DNA from: a virus
DNA length: 64,000 nucleotides
IMG/VR virus record: IMGVR_UViG_3300035491_000116
Location: 2,239 to 66,238 of that record
Reading direction: 5' to 3' (one strand)
The first letter of the stretch is position 1; each line of letters begins with the position of its first letter. Of this stretch, positions 46,074 through 55,247 are shown piece after piece. The notes beneath the pieces are model-generated. The model searched no databases. It was not told the origin of the DNA and worked only from the letters and a program-made list of their open reading frames with translations. The translations under genes were made by a program, and so were the position numbers.

Positions 46074-49000
46074 ATGTCTGCAGATAACTACCCTGAGTTT
46101 AATCAGGCGGTGCAAACCCTTACTGATGAGGTTGAAGCCCTCATCACCAACGTGGGGTCTTTGCAGTCCGTAGCCAACATCCAGACAGCGGTGACCAAAG
46201 CCGGAGAGGCTTCCGATTCAGCTACGGCTGCCTCAGCGAGCGAGCAGGCCGCTGAACAGGCAGCGACTCAAGCCGCTGCCAGCCAGACCGCAGCGGCTTC
46301 CAGTCAAACCGCGGCGGCAGCAAGTGAGCAAGCAGCCGGGGAATCTGCAGCCCAAGCACAGGCAGCTTCTTCTGCGGCTTCTGCCTCTGCAGGGGAGGCT
46401 TCTGCTGATGCCGCTGCTGCTCTTCAGGCTAAACTGGATGCGGAGGTCCAAGCCATGGCGGCGGCGGGGTCTGCCTCTCAGGCCTCCACTGATGCCGACT
46501 CGGCGGCGCAGTCCGCTAGTTCCGCTGCCAGCTCTGCGACCAGCGCGGAATCGTCGGCCCAATCGGCGGCGACCAGTGCCACTCAGGCCTCTGGCAGCGC
46601 TTCGGCTTCAGCAAGCTCTGCCGGCCAGGCGTCTACGTCAGCGTCTGAAGCCGCCCAGTCGGCTGCCCAGGCATCGGCTTCTGCCAGCACAGCGACTACC
46701 AAGGCGTCACAGGCATCGGCTTCTGCCAGCACAGCGACTACCAAGGCGTCACAGGCATTGGCTTCTGCCACGCAGGCTGCTCAAAGCGCCTCGGCAGCCG
46801 GTGACTCGGAATCCGCTGCGGCGCTATCGGCTAATCAAGCTGCATCCTCGGCTACAGCCGCGCAAACCAGTGCCGTGATCGCTGAAGATGCAGAAACCGC
46901 GGCCTCTGCCTCTGCTACCTCGGCTTCTGCGGACGCGGCTTCGGCCAGCAGCTCGAAGACGGCGGCTGCGGCAAGTGCAGCCGCCGCCAGTTCCGCCGCT
47001 GCGGAGGCCTCCGACTCTGCGGACAGTGCTTCTGCTTCCGCGACTTCTGCCGATGCGAGCAAGACCGCAGCTGCTAACTCCGCCGCTTCTGCTGCCTCTG
47101 ACGCAGCCTCGGCTTCCTCGGACGCCCAGACTGCATCCGCTGCGGCAGCCCAGACCCAGCAGGATCTCACCGCAGTTACTGCAGCAAAAGACACAGTCTT
47201 GGCCACAGCCTCTCAAGTTTCTGATGACGCAGACGCAGCAGCCCTGGCAAGAGACCAGGCTGTACAGGCGGCCGCTACCGCCGCTGGCGGCCTTGTAGAC
47301 ATGGGCGGCGTTTCCCTGGCCGGAGGGACTTATCCCACCAAGCCAACTGCCTCGTCTTTTTGGAAAGTAACTGCAGGCGGCACCGTCGGCGGAGTCGAGT
47401 ATGGGGTGGGGGACACTCTCGTCTATTCCCTGCAGCTCGACGAGTTCTACAAGATTGACAGCACCGAGTCGGTCACCAGCGTCAATGGTAAGAAGGGGGT
47501 AATCAGCCTCGGCTACGCCGAGGTGGGAGCCCTTGGTGCCGGGCAGACGGCTGTGGCGGCTGCCAAGCTGGCCACCTCCAGAACCATCTCTATCACAGGG
47601 GATGGCAGCTGGTCGGTTTCGTTTGACGGGTCTGGCAATGCCACGGGCGCCTTCAGCCTGTCTAATACCGGTGTAGCCGGCGGAACTTACGCGAAGGTCA
47701 CTGTCGACTCCAAGGGGCGTGTGACCGCGGGCTCTGCGCTTGCAGCCTCTGACATCCCAGCTCTTGATGCATCGAAGGTTACCTCCGGAACCCTCGCTGC
47801 AGCCCGCGTACCCACTCTGGCGGTCAGCAAGGTGAGCGGGCTGCAAACAGCCCTCGATCTGGCCTCCGGCTTGAGCGCCTCGGGGAGTACGTCTGACCCG
47901 AACACGGCCACTACCCAGGTGATGCTGACCAACCATGCCAACGCTCCAGGGCTGGGCCGGTATTGGCACATCACCACCACCTTCTACTCCTCGATCAGCT
48001 CAACAGGTGACCGTGCTCAGCTGGCTATTGAGTACAACCCGAGTGGGATTTGTCGTGCGTTTGTACGCAGCTGCTACAACACTAACTGGACAGCCTGGAA
48101 TCCGATCGACAATACCAGCCTGACTGCCTCGGATATTCCAGCCTTGGACGCGGCTAAGATCGCCACAGGTGTGCTGGATGCGGCGCGTATTCCCACCCTG
48201 AACCAGGACACCACAGGGAACGCTGCAACTGCCACCAAATTGGCCAGTATCGGTACTTCCTTCAGTGGGACGTACCCGATGGTTATCAACGCCAGTGGTG
48301 TGCTCTACAGCCACGCGAACGTGACCTTTACCGGCACCGGCGGTGTTCTCTCCGCTCCGAAGTTCTCCGGGGACGGTGCCTTGCTGACTGGATTGAATGC
48401 CAGTGCCCTGGCTACCGGTACCATCGACGCCGCTCGCATCCCGACGTTGAACCAGAACACAACCGGATCCGCTGCCAAGCTGACCACAGCGCGGACTATC
48501 ACGCTTACCGGGGACGGCAGCTGGTCGGTTTCGTTTGACGGGTCTGGCAATGCCACTGGCGCATTTGCCTTGGATACCACTGGAGTAAGCGCCGGCACTT
48601 ACCCGAAGGTGACGGTTGACGCCAAAGGGCGAGTGACGGGCGGGGCGGCGTTGTCGGCATCCGACATCCCTTCGCTCGATGCCTCCAAGATTGCCTCCGG
48701 CACCCTCAATGCCGCTCGCATCCCGACGCTGAACCAGAACACAACCGGATCAGCCGGCGCCCTGGCCAGGAAGGACACACGGAGTCAGGACCCAACCCCG
48801 GGTGAGTACGAAAACGACGGCGTCACGTATCACTTCAAGTACAACTCGGCTACCGGGTTTACCTCAGGTGGCGGCACCTACCACAGGCTCCTAAACCTCG
48901 ATGCGTGGACCGGCACCAGCGGCGGTTTGTCCTCCCAGATGGCGTTCGGAGACAACGGGACGGTAGGCATTCGCACAGCCACCAGTGACACTGTTTGGGG

Positions 49001-50204
49001 GCCTTGGCACACTTTCTACACTACGGCCAACAAGCCAACCGCAGATGATGTCGGCCTGGGTAACGTGGATAACACCGCTGACAATGCGAAGAGTGTGCTC
49101 AGCGCTGCAAAGCTGACAACAGCTCGCACTATCAACGGGTCGAGCTTTAACGGCACAGCGAACATCACTACCTCGCTGTGGGGAGCGACAAGAACGCTTT
49201 CCTACACTGGCGACGTTACCGGCTCGGCATCTGTAAACGGTTCAGGGAATGTCGAGTTCACGATGACCCTCCCAAACACCGGCGTGAGTGCTGGCACCTA
49301 CGCAAAGGTCACTGTCGACGCTAAAGGTCGGGTTACCGGAGGCACTGCACTGGCTGCTGGGGATTTACCTTCGCACAACCATAGCGCGTCGAACATCACC
49401 TCCGGTGTGCTCGATCCTGCGCGTTTGCCCGCTGAGGCACTTGTGGGTGACACCACATATTCAGCCGGTGTTGGTCTGTCTCTGTCCGGCACCATTTTTT
49501 CGATCGCTCCTGCTACTGCGGATAACCCGGGCGGTGTGAGGCTTGGCTCTGATGTGGAGCAGGCTGTTGCACCTGTCGCGGTTACATCCAGCGCATCGCG
49601 CACTTACGCGGTCCAGATGAACGCGGATCAGCGGCTGGTGGTCAACGTGCCGTGGACCAACACGACTTACAGCGAAATCAGTGAAGCGGAAATTACCACT
49701 GGTACGGCGTCTACTGCCCGAGCTATTAGTGCTCGCCGGTTGACATTCGCTTTGGCAGGTAAGGCGAATGCTTCGCATACCCACGACTACCTGCCGCTGG
49801 CCGGTGGCACCGTAACAGGCAACGTCGTGCTCTCCAGCGCTACCGCTTCGACCAGCCCGACTACCGGTGCGCTGAAAGTCACTGGCGGTGTTGGCGTAGG
49901 CGGCGCTATCTACGCGGCAGGGAACATCGGCGGCTTGTCCGATATTCGGGTTAAGACCAACATCGAGGTGATTGAGAACGCGCTGGATAAGGTGGATCAG
50001 CTGCGTGGCGTGGTGTTTGACCGTACCGACATCAGCCTCCGTCAGACCGGTGTGATCGCGCAGGAGGTACAGGCTGTACTGCCAGAAGCCGTAAGTGACG
50101 ACGGCGAGCACCTCACGGTTGCTTACGGCAACATGGTCGGCCTGCTGATCGAGGCCGTCAAAGAGCTGCGGGCGGAAGTGAACCGCCTCAAGGGAGGTGC
50201 GTGA
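46074..50204 (+). CDS. side tail fibre with Ala/Ser-rich stalk and C-terminal peptidase S74 chaperone
   Basis: Stf-like ASA repeats, GTYxKVTVDxKGRVT repeats, knob domains, SDIRVKTNI...GVIAQEV...YGNMVGLLIEAVKEL. Confidence 0.92.
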   Translation: MSADNYPEFNQAVQTLTDEVEALITNVGSLQSVANIQTAVTKAGEASDSATAASASEQAAEQAATQAAASQTAAASSQTAAAASEQAAGESAAQAQAASSAASASAGEASADAAAALQAKLDAEVQAMAAAGSASQASTDADSAAQSASSAASSATSAESSAQSAATSATQASGSASASASSAGQASTSASEAAQSAAQASASASTATTKASQASASASTATTKASQALASATQAAQSASAAGDSESAAALSANQAASSATAAQTSAVIAEDAETAASASATSASADAASASSSKTAAAASAAAASSAAAEASDSADSASASATSADASKTAAANSAASAASDAASASSDAQTASAAAAQTQQDLTAVTAAKDTVLATASQVSDDADAAALARDQAVQAAATAAGGLVDMGGVSLAGGTYPTKPTASSFWKVTAGGTVGGVEYGVGDTLVYSLQLDEFYKIDSTESVTSVNGKKGVISLGYAEVGALGAGQTAVAAAKLATSRTISITGDGSWSVSFDGSGNATGAFSLSNTGVAGGTYAKVTVDSKGRVTAGSALAASDIPALDASKVTSGTLAAARVPTLAVSKVSGLQTALDLASGLSASGSTSDPNTATTQVMLTNHANAPGLGRYWHITTTFYSSISSTGDRAQLAIEYNPSGICRAFVRSCYNTNWTAWNPIDNTSLTASDIPALDAAKIATGVLDAARIPTLNQDTTGNAATATKLASIGTSFSGTYPMVINASGVLYSHANVTFTGTGGVLSAPKFSGDGALLTGLNASALATGTIDAARIPTLNQNTTGSAAKLTTARTITLTGDGSWSVSFDGSGNATGAFALDTTGVSAGTYPKVTVDAKGRVTGGAALSASDIPSLDASKIASGTLNAARIPTLNQNTTGSAGALARKDTRSQDPTPGEYENDGVTYHFKYNSATGFTSGGGTYHRLLNLDAWTGTSGGLSSQMAFGDNGTVGIRTATSDTVWGPWHTFYTTANKPTADDVGLGNVDNTADNAKSVLSAAKLTTARTINGSSFNGTANITTSLWGATRTLSYTGDVTGSASVNGSGNVEFTMTLPNTGVSAGTYAKVTVDAKGRVTGGTALAAGDLPSHNHSASNITSGVLDPARLPAEALVGDTTYSAGVGLSLSGTIFSIAPATADNPGGVRLGSDVEQAVAPVAVTSSASRTYAVQMNADQRLVVNVPWTNTTYSEISEAEITTGTASTARAISARRLTFALAGKANASHTHDYLPLAGGTVTGNVVLSSATASTSPTTGALKVTGGVGVGGAIYAAGNIGGLSDIRVKTNIEVIENALDKVDQLRGVVFDRTDISLRQTGVIAQEVQAVLPEAVSDDGEHLTVAYGNMVGLLIEAVKELRAEVNRLKGGA
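46668..46770 (+). repeat. 42-bp in-frame tandem duplication (QASASASTATTKAS)
   Basis: Identical units at 46668 and 46710, partial third at 46752. Confidence 0.9.
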
Positions 50205-50812
50205 TGGCACTTCCCAGTTCTGGGCAGATCACGTTTCAGGACATCGCTACAGAGCTGGGGCTGACTGGCCCCATCACTCTGGATCAGGCCGAGGTACGGG
50301 CGTTGGCCGGCATCCCATCAGGCCCTATCAGTCTTGCAGATTTGGCTGGTAAGAGTGCTTTGAAACTGACGGCGACGCTGACTATTGGGTACGCCGCCGA
50401 GGTCATCGACAAGCTGTCCATGCCTGAGTACCGTGGCTTCTGGACTAGAACCCACACGAGTATCAGTCAGAGCCCAAAAGGGGCTCTTGATCCGAAAGTG
50501 ATCGACGGGGAGACCATCTGCATCTTGGTTGAGTCACGGGCGAGCAGTAACTCCACAATGCCGCAGCACAACAGTTTCATCTTTGCGGTCACTGACCAGA
50601 CGATCCCGCTCGACTTTTTCTCGTCGATCAAGATTAAGAGCGGCTCTACGTTGCTGCATACGTTCAACCGAGCTGACGCTGCCTCTCAACGCGGGGTTGT
50701 GTATACCGGCGTAGACGACTACCCGGCCACTATCTACACCTGGACTCTCCCGACTACTGCGGCGGGCCAGGTTTTCCCCACCTCCGGCACACGCACTATC
50801 GAAATCGGGTAA
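50201..50812 (+). CDS. putative fibre-tip adhesin or fibre-associated protein
   Basis: N-terminus ALPSSGQITFQDIATELG...ISLADLAGKS, of the type that follows S74 fibres; coupled to the fibre stop. Confidence 0.55.
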   Translation: MMALPSSGQITFQDIATELGLTGPITLDQAEVRALAGIPSGPISLADLAGKSALKLTATLTIGYAAEVIDKLSMPEYRGFWTRTHTSISQSPKGALDPKVIDGETICILVESRASSNSTMPQHNSFIFAVTDQTIPLDFFSSIKIKSGSTLLHTFNRADAASQRGVVYTGVDDYPATIYTWTLPTTAAGQVFPTSGTRTIEIG

Positions 50813-50818
50813 CACAAG

Positions 50819-51520
50819 ATGACAAGAAAAGGCACCTTTATGACGCTGATGCAGCTTGGTCTGCTGGCGTTTATCCCTTACGCAGTGGCCACAGGCACCG
50901 CAGCACACTGGCTGTTGGCCGTTTTCATGTACGCGGTCTATGCGGGTGTTGGCACCGTGGTAACCATGCACAGGCTGCTGGCTCACCGGGCTTTTGAAGC
51001 GCCGCTGTGGTTCCGCTGGTTCGGTACGTTCTTTGGCACCGTGGGCAGTTTGCTGACGCCTCTGGAGTGGGTGCAGCAGCACGTTGACCATCACCGTTAC
51101 GTCGATACACAGAAAGACCCCCATTCACCCGTGATCCTCGGCTGGAAGGCGCTGTTCTTCTGCTTCCACAGCCAGGGCACCGGGACGATTGCCGTGATGC
51201 GTTTGGCCAAGGAGCCGTTTATGCGCTTCATGCACCGCTGGTTTTACCCCACCCTGGCCGGGTATATCGCGCTGCTTTGGCTTTTTGGCGGCCTTGAGCT
51301 GGTGACCTTCGCGTGGGCTATCCCGTGCCTCGGCGCCCTCTGGGGGCAGATCCTGATTGTCTTCGCGCATGACGAGCACGGGGCCAAGAACAGCGGAGCG
51401 CTTAACGGGCTGCTGACGTTCGGTGAGAACCGCCATACCCGCCATCACGAGGACCCCCGGGACATCACTCAGGATGGCTTGGCCTACTGGTTCATTCAGA
51501 AAATCAGGACTGACAAATGA
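50819..51520 (+). CDS. membrane fatty-acid desaturase (acyl-CoA/delta-9 type)
   Basis: Three His boxes HRLLAH, HVDHH and GENRHTRHH, plus DPHSP and transmembrane segments. Confidence 0.88.
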   Translation: MTRKGTFMTLMQLGLLAFIPYAVATGTAAHWLLAVFMYAVYAGVGTVVTMHRLLAHRAFEAPLWFRWFGTFFGTVGSLLTPLEWVQQHVDHHRYVDTQKDPHSPVILGWKALFFCFHSQGTGTIAVMRLAKEPFMRFMHRWFYPTLAGYIALLWLFGGLELVTFAWAIPCLGALWGQILIVFAHDEHGAKNSGALNGLLTFGENRHTRHHEDPRDITQDGLAYWFIQKIRTDK

Positions 51521-52077
51521 TCGAAGAGCTGAAGCGGCTGCGAATGACAAACGAAGGCGGCAAGGAAGTCTGGCTTATTCCAGATCTTTGGCTTGCTCTC
51601 CTGCGCGTTCAGCTGCCTGTGGGGGAGCGATACGAGGTCTACAACCCAGCCGGCCACCCCTACGCATCGGAAGGTACAGAGGACGGCTCCATCGGCGCCC
51701 TGCGCTCTGCCACCGTCGTCGCCCCCGGCGGGCGGGTGAAGGTACACAACGAGCTGCTGGAGCAGCCGTCAGTTTGGGAGGGCTCCCTGAACCCGGTGTG
51801 CAACGGCGTGTTCATCAAGGCCAAAGTCGAGTTCGAGGCTGAGATCCCGAGCACCTTGCTGTGTGCCAGCCCGCCGGGCGACCTGACCCGGTTTGCCGGT
51901 AAGCTGATGCGCCGTGAAACCGTCCTGGAAGGGCAGAGTTACACGTTCCAGGCAGGCGATGTCGGGTACGCCGTGGTTTACGGTGACGGGGAGATGCGGG
52001 GCTTTTCCGTCGAGCCTGGGGACGTTTTGACGGCCAGCAAGGACACCGTAATTGCGGTTGTGAGCGAGGTGGGTTGA
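51517..52077 (+). CDS. beta-rich, possibly cupin-like hypothetical protein (186 aa)
   Basis: ATGA-coupled; alternating beta pattern; fold is my inference. Confidence 0.6.
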   Translation: MIEELKRLRMTNEGGKEVWLIPDLWLALLRVQLPVGERYEVYNPAGHPYASEGTEDGSIGALRSATVVAPGGRVKVHNELLEQPSVWEGSLNPVCNGVFIKAKVEFEAEIPSTLLCASPPGDLTRFAGKLMRRETVLEGQSYTFQAGDVGYAVVYGDGEMRGFSVEPGDVLTASKDTVIAVVSEVG

Positions 52078-52283
52078 TGGCTTTGAAACTGGGAAGGGTA
52101 TCGCTTGAAGCAGGGGAGGGGTTCACTGCTGCCTACAGCGACGGCTGCAGGGCGGTCTACCTGGTGGAGGGAGCTCACGACACACTTGAGTATGGTAAGC
52201 CGGTCCAGGTGCAGGAGGGCGGGTCAATCCAGCTGAACGCTGTGACACCGATAGTGGTGGGGGTTGTGAGGGAGGAGGGCTGA
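52074..52283 (+). CDS. small beta-rich, cupin-like protein (69 aa)
   Basis: Coupled at both ends; AVYLVEG strand motif. Confidence 0.55.
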   Translation: MMALKLGRVSLEAGEGFTAAYSDGCRAVYLVEGAHDTLEYGKPVQVQEGGSIQLNAVTPIVVGVVREEG

Positions 52284-52777
52284 TGGCGTTTGTCGACCCA
52301 TTGGCCAACGAGGTCACCAAGGCGCTTTGCGGCGAACTACTGGCGCAGCGTGAGACGCTGCTTGAGCTCGCCAGAGAGATGCGCTTCATCGAGTGGCCTG
52401 AGCCGATCTACTCCGGTCGATGGGATGTGTCGTCGTTCAAGTACCGGCACAAAGTCTTCTCTGGTGAGTTCGGCTCTGCGGGCCTTGGCAAGCTGGGTCT
52501 GATTGATAGGCCGGAGATCCAGACTGCTGGGTTCTCCATTCTCGGGCCGGGGGCTGAGATCCGCTGGCACCAAGGCAACGCCGGCGACGTGTGGCGCCTG
52601 CACATGGGACTGGACTGCCCGGAGGGGGACTGCGCTATTCAGGTGTTGGGCGAGGAGCAGAGCTGGAAGGACGGGGAGTTTCTGATGTTCAACGATCAGG
52701 ACGCGCACCGAGCGTGGAACCGGACGGGTCGTGACCGGCTGATCCTGTTGGTGGATGTGGTGAAGGAGGGGGTATGA
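52283..52777 (+). CDS. aspartyl/asparaginyl beta-hydroxylase family Fe(II)/2OG oxygenase
   Basis: FSILGPGAEIRWHQG...RLHMGL..P...W..G....FND...H.AWN....R.IL..D. Confidence 0.9.
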   Translation: MAFVDPLANEVTKALCGELLAQRETLLELAREMRFIEWPEPIYSGRWDVSSFKYRHKVFSGEFGSAGLGKLGLIDRPEIQTAGFSILGPGAEIRWHQGNAGDVWRLHMGLDCPEGDCAIQVLGEEQSWKDGEFLMFNDQDAHRAWNRTGRDRLILLVDVVKEGV

Positions 52778-53049
52778 GTTTTGGGTTGAGGGTGTGGGAT
52801 GAGAATGGGGTGGTCACCCTCGAGTCTAAGGACCTGGTGACCAGGAAGCTGGGGCAGGTCACAACTACGGCCAACCAAGCAGGGTCCGTCACCGTACAGG
52901 GTACAGGTCTCGTCTGGTATAGCGTACAACCGAACTACCACCCAAACTTAGCCTCCACTACGGTGCCTCCGCAGATCACCGTGTCAGGCCGGGCTATCTA
53001 TTGGACTGCGGCTGCTCAGTCTGTATCCATTCAATACGGGGCCTACTAA
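52774..53049 (+). CDS. small tail-tip accessory protein
   Basis: MSFGLRVWDENG start typical of genes that follow gpJ in lambdoid phages. Confidence 0.65.
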   Translation: MSFGLRVWDENGVVTLESKDLVTRKLGQVTTTANQAGSVTVQGTGLVWYSVQPNYHPNLASTTVPPQITVSGRAIYWTAAAQSVSIQYGAY

Positions 53050-53775
53050 GTGGACGCCGGACTGCTCGTATCCGGGGACTCCGGAAACATACAAGTCGAC
53101 TCTACCTACCGTAACTTGGTATTGACGAAATCTGGGTCTATTACGCTTTCCAATGGTAACACGGAGGCGTACTCATCCAGCAATGACCCTCGCGTATTGG
53201 TTTCCTGCACCGGAGTCGACCCCCTGATCGCTGTGAAGTCTTCAGGCCCAACAAGGACGTACAGGACTTCTTCTGGGCCGGGTCAGTTTGACTTCCATAT
53301 CCTCGGGTACGTTGGGAGTTCAGTGCAGTATTTTATCTTTGATGAGGCCCCTCTCGTTCAAGGGTCGTTTGGGCTGAAGGTTTTCGGGTCTGCGGGGGAC
53401 ACCGTATTCGACTCTTCCTTACGTCCGATGAGAGTGCTTGGCAGGTACAACGGAAGCGCAGCTCCTTGGCCATACGCGGGCTCCGTAGACTACACAGAGA
53501 CTGCTTACCCGTTCAGTCACGGAGACCTGGCCGTCGTCACTTGCCAGCAGGCTGCCAGAATGGTGGTTGAGGCATACGATATGATGGGCAGCTACATATA
53601 TGAGACGTTTATAAACAGTTCCAGAAGTTTTATCAGAGGGTCAGAAGCTGTCGTAATCAACTCGCAGGAAACTGCCTTTGCAGGGGGCGGTACCGGAGGG
53701 GAAATGTTCAGAAGGGACCTCTGGGAGATACTTGTAGTAGACGTATCCGGGTACCCTTCGGAGTATTCTATTTGA
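53050..53775 (+). CDS. tail-tip accessory protein
   Basis: AGLLVSGDSGNIQVDSTYRNL ... FGLKVFG..G..VFDS, the usual partner of the preceding gene. Confidence 0.65.
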   Translation: MDAGLLVSGDSGNIQVDSTYRNLVLTKSGSITLSNGNTEAYSSSNDPRVLVSCTGVDPLIAVKSSGPTRTYRTSSGPGQFDFHILGYVGSSVQYFIFDEAPLVQGSFGLKVFGSAGDTVFDSSLRPMRVLGRYNGSAAPWPYAGSVDYTETAYPFSHGDLAVVTCQQAARMVVEAYDMMGSYIYETFINSSRSFIRGSEAVVINSQETAFAGGGTGGEMFRRDLWEILVVDVSGYPSEYSI

Positions 53776-53810
53776 ACCGTATTTACGGCAATACGGTTTT
53801 GCGGTAGTCT
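53775..53810 (+). promoter_or_regulatory. candidate lysis promoter (-35 TTTACG, 17 nt, -10 TAGTCT) inside the inverted repeat AACCGTATT-N6-AATACGGTT
   Basis: Hexamers at 53782-53787 and 53805-53810; overlaps a copy of the genome-wide motif. Confidence 0.55.
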
Positions 53811-53840
53811 CTGCAGAAATTCCCTACCGACGAGACGGCC

Positions 53841-54170
53841 ATGCTGCAGCGTCTGTACCCCGCCGTGATATTCGCCCTTCTCCTACTGGCTGCGTTCCAG
53901 TGGGGAACGGTGAGCCAGCTTAGCAGTGACCTCGACACCGCCAAGAAGTCATTGGAAACATGCCAGGGCGACCTCAAGGAGAGCAACCGCAAGATTGAGG
54001 AGCAGAACCTCGAGGTCAAACGGCTCTCCGTCCTGTCTGCTCAGTTGCAGCAGGAGGCCGGGGAGAGATCCGACGAGGTAATGTCCGAACTTCCGCAGGC
54101 GATCGAGCGTGACGTCGCATCTCCTGCCACCGCCGACGCCATGAATGCGTGGATGAGAGGGATGTTTTGA
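53841..54170 (+). CDS. i-spanin (Rz-like)
   Basis: N-terminal TM helix plus coiled coil; overlaps a lipoprotein gene. Confidence 0.8.
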   Translation: MLQRLYPAVIFALLLLAAFQWGTVSQLSSDLDTAKKSLETCQGDLKESNRKIEEQNLEVKRLSVLSAQLQQEAGERSDEVMSELPQAIERDVASPATADAMNAWMRGMF

Positions 54171-54457
54171 AGCAGGCCCTCTTGATCTGCCTGATGTTTG
54201 CCCTGCTCGGATGTGTGCAGCAGCCACCAAAGGTTGTTTACCGGGACGTCCAAGTCCCTGTCATCGTCCGGCCCGAGGCCCCAGCGGAACTGGCTACCCC
54301 TTACACGCCAACGACCCTCCCGACCTTCCTGCCTCCTGACGCTGACGGCGCCGTTGTCTCCCTCGACAAGGCCGGCGTCGATGCGCTGAAGGCGATCCTC
54401 CGCACCCTGACTACCCGTGACAAAGCATGGCGAGCCTGGAGCACTGCTGATGAGTAA
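54149..54457 (+). CDS. o-spanin (Rz1-like lipoprotein)
   Basis: Lipobox ALLG-C; Pro-rich; true start may be the TTG near 54167. Confidence 0.8.
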   Translation: MDERDVLKQALLICLMFALLGCVQQPPKVVYRDVQVPVIVRPEAPAELATPYTPTTLPTFLPPDADGAVVSLDKAGVDALKAILRTLTTRDKAWRAWSTADE

Positions 54458-54887
54458 CGTGATCACCCTCGAACGGTTCTCCTACGCCGAAGATGGCACC
54501 CTCGGAGTCCTTACTGTAGGGGATCTGGAGCTGTTCACCGTGGAGCGCCCTTGGCTGGCCAACAAACAGCGTGTCAGCTGCATTCCTGAGGGCATCTACG
54601 ACCTGGAGATGCGCTCCTCTCTGGTGGTAAAGCGCTCCAGCGGCGGCAAGTATCAGCGCGGTTGGGAGGTCAAGAATGTTCCTGACCGCACCTACATCAT
54701 GCTGCACCCTGGCAACACCATGGACGATCTGGCCGGCTGTATCGCGCCGGGTCTTTCTGTCGGCCGCCTGAAGGGGAAGCCAGCAGTCCTCAGCTCTCGA
54801 GACGCTTTCGACAAGCTGATGGACGCGCTGAGTCACCGTAGTGACTGGCAGCTTCACATCTACCAACGAACGGCAAACTACCCATGA
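54450..54887 (+). CDS. putative endolysin, DUF5675 family
   Basis: TLGVL...TVERPW...SCIPEGIY...IMLHPGNT..D..GCI.PG; sits between spanins and holins. Confidence 0.7.
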   Translation: MSNVITLERFSYAEDGTLGVLTVGDLELFTVERPWLANKQRVSCIPEGIYDLEMRSSLVVKRSSGGKYQRGWEVKNVPDRTYIMLHPGNTMDDLAGCIAPGLSVGRLKGKPAVLSSRDAFDKLMDALSHRSDWQLHIYQRTANYP

Positions 54888-55240
54888 ACTTCACGGTCAT
54901 TGACGCTATCCCCTTCCTGCTTTACTCAGTCCTCCTCTTCCGAGCCGTGGCGGTATGGCGCCGGCTGCGCAGGACCATGGCCCACTGCGAGGAGCGGCGC
55001 AGATGTCCGCCGGCAATGGCCCGGGAGGCCGAGCGCCGCAAGACCAACTTACTCATGGCACTACTGCTGCTGGTCTCTGTCTGCACAGTGGTATTCATGA
55101 TCTCCAACGCCTACACCCTGCAGGAGTGGGGCAGGACGCTGCTCTCTTTGCGCGTGTTCCAGATGTTCGTCGTCGGGAACTGTGCCGTCTACTGGCTCGT
55201 ACTGGACCTCATCATGAGGGACGCTACCGATAGCGACTGA
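54884..55240 (+). CDS. three-TM membrane protein (holin/antiholin candidate)
   Basis: Three hydrophobic segments; in the lysis cassette. Confidence 0.6.
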   Translation: MNFTVIDAIPFLLYSVLLFRAVAVWRRLRRTMAHCEERRRCPPAMAREAERRKTNLLMALLLLVSVCTVVFMISNAYTLQEWGRTLLSLRVFQMFVVGNCAVYWLVLDLIMRDATDSD

Positions 55241-55247
55241 GGTTTTC

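Noticed and set aside
47560-48620. Duplicated fibre segments as a DGR template/variable repeat pair
   Set aside because: Differences I checked are synonymous and not adenine-specific, both copies are in frame, and there is no reverse transcriptase in the window.
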